DNA of 44,106 nt, taken from assembly GCA_049999805.1 (NCBI GenBank), contig JBNGIO010006163.1, forward strand, positions 1 through 44,106, in the 5' to 3' direction. Every line of letters starts with the position of its first letter. Positions within the stretch are counted from its first letter, which is position 1. The DNA is from Folioceros fuciformis (Eukaryota). Both the position numbers and the translations under genes were made by a program. Shown here piece after piece: positions 36,449 to 44,106 of the stretch. The notes beneath the pieces are model-generated. The model was given only the letters and a program-made list of their open reading frames with translations, was not told the DNA's origin and searched no databases.

Positions 36449-37002
36449 ATCAACACTTTGAAAAAAAAGATGTTAAAGAGCTTGCTCTGCTATAAGTCTA
36501 TTCCCCAAATTAAAAGCAACTCAAGCAAAGATAGTGCTAGGAAGTCAACTAGTGGAAATTCTTTCTAGAAGGAAGTATTGGCCACACAATGATGTTGCTT
36601 ATATCTCGTCTCTGGCGTAAGTGACAACTCACCATTTTGCATGTATGGCATAATTCCAAGAAAAATTCATGATCAATTTTAAATGATGTTTATCATTTTC
36701 CCCTACAAACAAGGGTTTTCCTAGCAAGAGTTCTACAAATATGCATCCTATGCTCCACATATCAAGTGCTGAAGAATATACGTGAAGAGTTTTAGTACAT
36801 AGTTATAGTGCGCAGTAGAATTGAGTTACTATATAATTTCTTCTTTGTAATGTTATCACAGTGTTACACAAGCAAGTCCAAAATCACACACTTTAAATAC
36901 ACTAGTGGAGAGATTGATTAGCGAATTATGGTAAGATTCTACAAAAGCACCAAAATCCATAAGTATTCTCCCCTACAGCATAGACATATTTTCATCCCTT
37001 GC
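36449..37002 (-). pseudogene. CMGC-group (MAPK-like) protein kinase relic, subdomains about VI-XI
   Basis: Hand translation of the minus strand: HNSLINLSTSVFKVCDFGLA (DFG at 36877-36885), NYIVTQFYCAL*L (compare YVVTRWYRAPEL), [53 protein letters not shown] and NRLIAEQAL*HLFF. Stops and frameshifts throughout. Confidence 0.85.
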
Positions 37003-37212
37003 TCTTGAGACCCATGGGCAAGGACTTTTCAAGGTTCATCAAGGAGTGCACAAAGGTATATCAAAGTCATAAGAATGATGTTCTCCCTCTTCTTTTTGTG
37101 GTGACTTCTTTCAATAACACATATCCATTGCTTTGCAAAGAGCATTGGCCAATGCAGTTTTTAGAATAGCAACAAGCACAAGTCAAACAGCTTCTTGGAC
37201 ACTGGTGGTAGG

Positions 37213-37534
37213 TGTAGGGTTATTAAAGCCCAATGTGCTTAGACTAATGTGATTAGTCTAAGATGAGTGTCTAATTAAGTATCATTAGTTTATATTAGCT
37301 TAAGCTAATCTTTAGAAAGCTTCCTACATAGCTTCCTGTGAGCTTCTTGTGAAGCTTCCTTGGGAGCTTTTCCAGAGGGTATAAATACCCTCTTGAGCTC
37401 CCTTTGCAATAGAGCAGTGAGAAACATTGTGAGACCTCTCTTTCTCCTCTCCTCCTCTCCTCCTCTCTTCCTCTTCTTTCCTCTTCTCCTTCATCATGTG
37501 GCTCCCTTTCCGATCCTTCAACTGGTATCAGAGC
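37213..37534 (+). mobile_element. 5' LTR plus tRNA-iMet primer-binding site of a truncated LTR retrotransposon
   Basis: TG at 37213, TATAAATA at 37380-37387, CA at 37519-37520, then a perfect PBS TGGTATCAGAGC at 37523-37534. GC-rich leader runs to about 37790. No coding domains follow. Confidence 0.75.
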
Positions 37535-37851
37535 GCAGGTTGTGGAGCTAGGGCTGTGGAGTAGAGGGTGATGGCAGGTACTGTGGACGAGGTGCACCAA
37601 GGCATGAGGAAGGCTCTGGAGTGAAGGCAGAATCCTGGTGGCCGTTTGAGGCCACTTGCTGCCCGGAGTGCGGGAGGCTCCAGTCGTGCCTTGCTCAGGC
37701 TGTGGCAGCAATAATGGCATCGCGAGGCGCCGTGGGTGCCAGGCCGCGGGCGCAGGCGATGTGGGCGCACCGGAGTGTGAATAAAGCGGAAGCTTGCTCA
37801 CAAACAAAAAGTTGTAAACAAAATGAATTAATTGAAAATACAAAAATTGTA

Positions 37852-40800
37852 TGTGTTTAAATACTTATCCGAAGTGACTGTTTGCTTAAACAGAAGACTT
37901 ATAAGATATATACTAGTGAATCTGTGTTAGGGTAAATAACCCTTAACACTCCCACTTAGCCGTAGACACAGATTAAAAACGAAGACACTAGTGAAAAACA
38001 TCATCACGTCTACGCTACACGGGTTCCTCCATAAGTGAACTTGCCAGTTGCTCAATTACTCCAACACCTCAACGGCTGCATGCGCCCGGCGATTGCTATT
38101 CCAAGCTTGTGGCCAGACACGATGGAGCTACTATGGATCGTGCTTTTAAGTGTGTCCGCCACTCTACTCATCTACTAGATAGAAGAAGCGCTGAAAAGCA
38201 AAATGGGGCGGAGGAGGAAACGCGCTCTGTCCAGCCAGAAGCGCCCTGCTGAGCATCACCCTGAGGCAGGGCATCCAGACTCAAGCTCTACGGAGGCAGA
38301 GAGCTCCAGAGATCCCTCGCAACCAGATGCACACCAGCGACTGACTCAAGCTAACAGAAATATGTTTTGTCACATGCACGGTGTCCTGAAGAAAAGCGAC
38401 GAGCTGGTGGAAGCCTTAAAGGCAGCAAGTTGCAGGACATATGAACTACAAGACCTGCCGTCTCGAAGGCCTGACCCTAAGAACCCATACCACCCTTTGA
38501 CAGAGGAGGAGTGTCAACACATGGTGAAGGAGCTGATTTTGCTAGGCTACGTCTCAGAGGTGGACGGAGGAAGACCATACAGTCCTGCACATGTATACTG
38601 GTAAGTGTCAATGACTACCTTACCTAAACTGTGATGCAGCAAGCCCACGATTTGACAAGCTAGTTGTAGATTCATCCACTAGACTGCCGCTTAAAAACCT
38701 TGCTTGTGGCAGGAAGGACGAGAACGGCAAGGTGACAAGGATAACAGGGAAGACACCTGGACCCTAACAATCTACTGACGACAGACCTGTTGCACCATAG
38801 TAGCAAAAAGGCTGCATCCTTTCAGCTCCAGGCAAGTTCCTCTAGTTAGGTTATATCAGAGGGAGTAGGCATAGCAAACTCCCTGAGCCCAAGAGCCTTA
38901 ACATGCTTGTAATGCTTTATCTTGGGTAGCCCCTTGCTTAATATATCAGCCGCGTTGCTGTCAATGTGCACATACTCGACCTTGACAACTCCTCTTTCTG
39001 CCACATCACGGATATAGTGGTGGTAAAGCTCAATGTGTTTTGTTCGCACATGAAACCTTGGATTGGAGACCAGGGCAATTGCACTCATGTTATCACAAAA
39101 TAGCTGAGTTGGTGTGGTCTGAGATAAGTGGATGCCTTCCAGAAATTGCCTTTCCCACTCCGCTTCTTTACAAGCGTCCGTTAAGGCCTTGTACTCAGCT
39201 TCTGTGCTTGAAAGAGCTAATGAAGTTTGTTTCTTACAGGACCAATTAACGGATCCTGAGGCAAGCTGGAACACATATGCTGAAAGGCTACGTCTTGTAT
39301 CTGCATCAGACGCCCAATCTGCATCTGCCCATGAGTTAAGTGTCAGCTCCTTACGCCCACTTGCTGTGAAGTGAAGACCAAGGTGTACTGTGCCTTTCAA
39401 ATAACAATACATTCTCTTGACAGCAGCCCAATGGGCTCTGCCAGGATTCTTCAGGAACTGACTCACAATACTCACATAGTATGACACATCAGGCCTAGTC
39501 CAGTTGGCAATAAATATGAGACACCCCACTACCTCGGCATAAGGAACAGTCTGCATGTCCTGAATTGCTGATGCTTCAGTAGGGCACATGGCTGCAGTGA
39601 GTTTCTCTCCCACTACCGAGGGAGTGGATACTGGACGGGCAACATCAAGACTAAAGCGCTTCAGAATCTACTTAAGGTACTTTGTTTGATGTAGAATTAT
39701 GGTGCCTTTAGCTCTGTCCCTCAGAATCTGAATCCCAAGACAAAACTGTAGCTCACCTTGATCCGTCATTTCAAACTCCGCACGGAGCATGTCCTTAGCC
39801 TTATTTAACATTGTGGCACTGTTGCTGAGCAGGATGGCGTCATCGACATACAACGCAAGAATAACGAAGAGTCAGCCTTCAGCAAAGTAGAAGACATTGG
39901 AGTCAGCAGCAAACTGCACGAAACCCATCTTTTGAAGATATTTCATTATCCTTTTATACCACGCCCTGGGACTTTGCTTCAGACCATACAGTGTTTTCAG
40001 CAGTTTGCATACACGCTGTGGCCATTTTTTACTAACAAACCCCTCAGGCTGCATCATGTAGAGTGCCTCCTCAAGTTCACCATGAAGGAACGCAATACAT
40101 ACGTCCATCTGATGGACTTCGAGATCAAACTCTGCAGCCATTGCGAGTAGGATACGAATAGATGGAGGCTTGACAACAGGGGAGAAGGTTTCCCCATAGT
40201 CCACACCAGGTATTTGACTAAACCCACGTGCAACCAGCCTAGACTTGTACCTAGCTATAGTGCCATCTGACTTCAACTTAGTTTTGAATACCCATTTGCA
40301 GGTAATGGGCTTTCGTCCTGGTGGTAGATCAACCAGCTCCCACGTATTGTTCTTGATCAGGCTGTCATACTCATTGTCAATACTAACCCTCCAGTGGGCT
40401 CCATCAGGGCCATTGAGAGCTTCAGCATAAGATTGAGGATAAGGCCTAATGTCAGGGACAGTTAAGTCCGCAAGATGTGCTGATTTCCGAAAGTCAATAG
40501 AAGCATAAGGTGTTTCTGTCCATCCTGACCTTGGCCTTCTGTCTCTTGTAGGATAACGAGAAGAGGGAGGGTCCATAGGGAGAACTACTCCCACTACTTC
40601 TGTTGGACCTGACCCATCACTGTCAGGATGATGGGAAGTGTCACTGTCTTGAGAGATTGACTCACCATCGAAGCTGTCAGAATATGTAAAGTCAGCATCA
40701 GCCAACAATTCTAGTTCAGGATCAGCTTGAAGGTTAGACTGAGCTTCAGACCCAATATCTCCATTTGCCAAGTCGATAGCAGCACTGACTGTTTCACCAT

Positions 40801-43360
40801 CAAAATCTGGATATACTACTGGAAGAGGTGGTGGTACTTCAGGCAAATCGGGTCCTAGATTAATAGGGACTAAAGGGTTGACTGTATCACCAAACACAAC
40901 CTCTGAGTTAGCGTCACCATGGTCATCAGGGGGATTACCACCCTCTAGAAGCTCTTGCATGCGTTCAGACCTTGGTGAAATGAGTTCACTAAAGGTGACA
41001 CTTCTGGCCAACACTACCTTGTGAGTTCGAGGACTGATCATTTTATATGCCTTGCTTTCTTCAAAGTAACCCAGAAAGATATAAGGGACTGCCCTATCAT
41101 CTAACTTCTTCTTTCTCTTTTCTACAAGGACATAGACAAAAGCCAAAGACCCAAAGACTCTTAAGTGAGATAAGCTGGGCTTACGCCCCTAGAACATCTC
41201 ATAGGGAGTCTTCCCACGAACAACAACTGTAAGCAGCCTGTTCAATTTATATGTAGCTGTATTAATTGCTTCTGCCCAGTACATTTTTGGAAGAGATGCA
41301 TAGGATAGCATACTTCGAGTCATTCCCATGAGTGTCTGATTTTTACGTTCTGCCACCCCGTTTTGTTGTTGTTTGTAGGGGACAGATAGTTGGCGAATAA
41401 TACCACATTTGTCAAAAAGTGCATCATACTTGTGGCCGACAAATTCACCTCCGTTGTCTATCCTCAAACACTTAACAAGACAGCCAGTTTGATGTTGAAC
41501 CATAGGTATCCATGATACTATCTGTTCAAAGGCGTCACTCTTGTATTTCAAAGGGTAAGTCCATGTATATCTCGAGTAATCATCTGTCAGTGTTAGATAA
41601 TACTCTGCTCCTCCTAGAGACATAGTCTACAACTTTCCAGCTATGTCTGCATGAACTAGGGCGAGCAGAGATGTTGCTCTTGTAGCGCTTTTATTCCTAA
41701 AGGGAAGTTCTTTCTGTTTGGACAGGGCACAGGCACTGCAAACTGGAAGAGACTTAAAGCATGAGGGCAACTTTTCTCTATAACAATCAAACATTGACAT
41801 AAGGTCAAGTTTGGTTTTATTGACATGCCCAAGTCTAGCATGCCACAACTTTGCCTGATTTTGTGAAGTAACTGCATAGGCCCGGTCTAACCTCTTGGAT
41901 GTAGTGATAAGTTGATACAGATCACCCACGACTGCAGCTTTTACTATATGATGTTGAGAATCATCTAAGCTGTAAATGTAGCAATGGTCAGCTTCAAATT
42001 GGAAACCATACAATTGGCTACATGTGACTACCCGAATAGAGATCAAGTTCTTTGACATGGAGGGGACGTAAAGAACATCTTCCAACTTCAGTGACTCTCC
42101 ATTCACTAGAGGTATGATAACACGACCAGTACCTTCAATTGCTACTCCTCGAGCATCTCCCACATACACTGACTGTGGGTTCTTGGATTTCCAGAATGTC
42201 GTGAAAAGTTGGCGGTTATTGCAAACATGTGCTGTGGCACCTGAGTCAATGAACCATAAAGAAGAGAGCTCACGTGTAGCAGTAAAGCAAACAGTTAGAG
42301 CTGTTGCAGCACTCTTGTGTGTTCACTGCTTAGGTTCTTTAGCAGCAACATGAGCTTCTGGTTTAACATCCTTCTCGGGGTCACCAGACTTTTTCTTACG
42401 ACACTCGCGTTCCCAATGACCGTGAATGCCACACCAATTGCAAGCTCCTATTCGTTTGGCAGTCGAGAGTATAGGTGAGTTTGTTTTCTTTCCTCCTTTG
42501 TCCTTTCCCCTCACAAACGCCTTGCCCTTGGCTGCAAATAGCACTTTTTCGCCTCGATTCTTGGAAACTGATCCAGATCTGTGATGACTTTGTTCCTCTT
42601 GCAGGAGAGCGCCAGTCACATTGTTCAAGCTTACAGTCGCTGGATTGCCAGCAGCAACGGCAACATACGAAGATTGCAGTGCAACATTTTGTCCAAAGAT
42701 GAACGTTTGAAAGGAAGGTGGCAAGCTTGATAGCAACTGGACAACAGCATCAGTTTCAGACATTGTGCTGCCAAGTGAAACTAACTGTGCCCTCAGGTAC
42801 CTAAACTTGGTAATGTGGGTACCCAAGTTATCCCCTTCCTTCAATCGCAACCCATAGAATTGATTGCGTACAGAGACCAGTGTCAAAATGTTTTGAACCT
42901 GGTATGTGTTTTTGAGTTGATCCCATACTGCAGCAATTGTAGGGAGGCTTTCAACTTATGTGACTGTGGTTTCTCCAAGGCCAGAGAGCAAGATGGCAAA
43001 GGCCACCTTGTTTCCCTTTTTTAATCTGTCTTTGACATCTTGCGCGTCATTTGGTCCAGGAACAGGGATCGTGCCATCGACATACTCCCACACATCACGA
43101 GCATCCAGAAATGCTTTCATTCGAGCTCTCCAGCTCTCATGCTTGGTATGTGTCCCGTCAAAGCGATCTTTTTCCTTGAAGTGTCCTCCATAGGAAGTGT
43201 TCTGAACTATCATGTTAGTGATGACAAGAATGATTGGTGGAACAGTTACGGTTTATGGATTTACACGCAAGGACGAAGACATTACGGCATCAAACTGTGT
43301 GTGTGCTATATTACAAAGGTGTTAAAAAAAAAGGGTCCTAGTCTTATGAACGGTCGTAAC
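37852..43360 (-). mobile_element. Ty1/copia LTR retrotransposon 4 (gag-pol with a few stops, long 3' region)
   Basis: Minus-strand gag (43213-42323, CNWCG.HGHWEREC), protease (WFIDSGA), integrase (LWHARLGH, LRIDNGGEF, QQNGVAERKN), RT (YKSRLVARGF, YVDD) and RNase H (ADADWA, ADILSKGL, ending 38846). PPT at 37949-37959 and a short putative 3' LTR at about 37852-37948. No matching 5' LTR in the window. Confidence 0.92.
38203..38604 (+). CDS. Putative antisense extra ORF inside copia element 4 (133 aa, unknown function)
   Basis: Intact ATG-initiated ORF in good context (AAAATGG) between pol and the PPT, opposite to pol. Basic N-terminus GRRRKR. No family recognised. Confidence 0.4.
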   Translation: MGRRRKRALSSQKRPAEHHPEAGHPDSSSTEAESSRDPSQPDAHQRLTQANRNMFCHMHGVLKKSDELVEALKAASCRTYELQDLPSRRPDPKNPYHPLTEEECQHMVKELILLGYVSEVDGGRPYSPAHVYW

Positions 43361-43367
43361 TAATAAC

Positions 43368-44106
43368 TGCCAAGCTAGGGTTAACATTTCATATCTAATT
43401 AAGTATATATCAATGACCTAATTAATAATCATTTAATTACTCAACACCCCCTCTCATTGTATATACGACTAAATACCCAAAAAGAAATAGCTGAATTATA
43501 AAGCCGGGGTAACTTCATTCCGCGGTCTTCGTATCATCAGTCTTACGCCTGCTCGTAAGCTAAGCTCCAGCCGCTGATCTCGCTCGTGTCCTGCTCGCCG
43601 AAGCTGCGACATGGCTGGTTCCAAGCGCGCGCCACCCGACCTGTTGTCAGGTGTAAACGCTGAGCCTGTTAAGAAGAACCTTAGCGAGCTGCAGAAGGAA
43701 ACAAGCGCCGTTCTGACCAGGCTCGAGGAGACAGCGAGCAACATTAGAGCTGCATCAACTTCGATTGTTTCCAGGGAATCTCCTGGTACTACTACCCTGC
43801 GGCGTCAGCTGTGCAAGTGTCTTTCAGATGCTTCAACGTGCCCTGTTCACCCTAGGGAGACTCCACACAAGATGTCTGACAGAGGGGCTGCCAAGTATTG
43901 GCAGAAGTGCTTGATGGAGGCGAACGACCCCTAAACCCCTGAAGTATATATCTGCCCTGTGTCCAAGGGGACCAAGTTTCGGCCGAACTGGCGGAGATGG
44001 GGAGGAGAAGACAACAATTTAGTGTCCTGATACTGTAAGTTTGCAACATGTCTCATATGCGCTCACTGTTGTTGTGACTCGACCTTGTTGCTAACACATG
44101 TGTTAT
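43368..44106 (-). mobile_element. 3' end of a further minus-strand LTR element (short AT-rich LTR, PPT, 3' internal region)
   Basis: The minus strand reads TGAGAGGGGG (PPT, 43447-43456) then TGTTGAG, a typical PPT/LTR junction. LTR-like stretch at about 43368-43446. Coding domains would lie beyond the window. Confidence 0.6.
43611..43934 (+). CDS. Putative antisense extra ORF in the 3' region of the last LTR element (107 aa, unknown function)
   Basis: ATG in GACATGG context, TATAAA at 43497-43502 upstream, coiled-coil-like stretch LSELQKETSAVLTRLEETASNI. Same relative position as 38203-38604. Confidence 0.35.
   Translation: MAGSKRAPPDLLSGVNAEPVKKNLSELQKETSAVLTRLEETASNIRAASTSIVSRESPGTTTLRRQLCKCLSDASTCPVHPRETPHKMSDRGAAKYWQKCLMEANDP

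Overview
Eukaryotic, GC-rich land-plant DNA with short GT-AG introns. A non-seed plant is plausible, but that is inference. The window has four assembly gaps. Three genes look intact and lie in a compact block: a five-coding-exon TAA1/TAR-type tryptophan aminotransferase (29592-31684, +), COG4 (32422-34944, +) and an intronless, bacterial-looking VOC/glyoxalase-family gene (35106-35495, -) tail-to-tail with COG4. The left 30 kb is best read as a rearranged tandem duplication of the TAA locus. It holds a truncated, deleted TAA pseudogene (5541-6942), two antisense copies of the 5' part of TAA exon 1 (about 1850-2072 and 20690-20936) and a 2-kb gene-like segment present twice in opposite orientations (3502-5518 and 25430-27524). 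One duplicated host segment was later split by two full-length Ty1/copia elements with recognisable target-site duplications (9112-14001 +, 14172-20584 -). Also present: a Ty3/gypsy 3' end, more copia elements or remnants, a decayed OTP51-like PPR gene, and a MAPK-like kinase relic missing from the ORF track. The most novel-looking signals are extra ORFs inside short-LTR copia elements (antisense 3' ORFs and a degenerate 5' ORF), the TAA rearrangement with antisense exon copies, a Cys-rich EGF-like remnant in the TAA protein, and the candidate horizontally acquired VOC gene.
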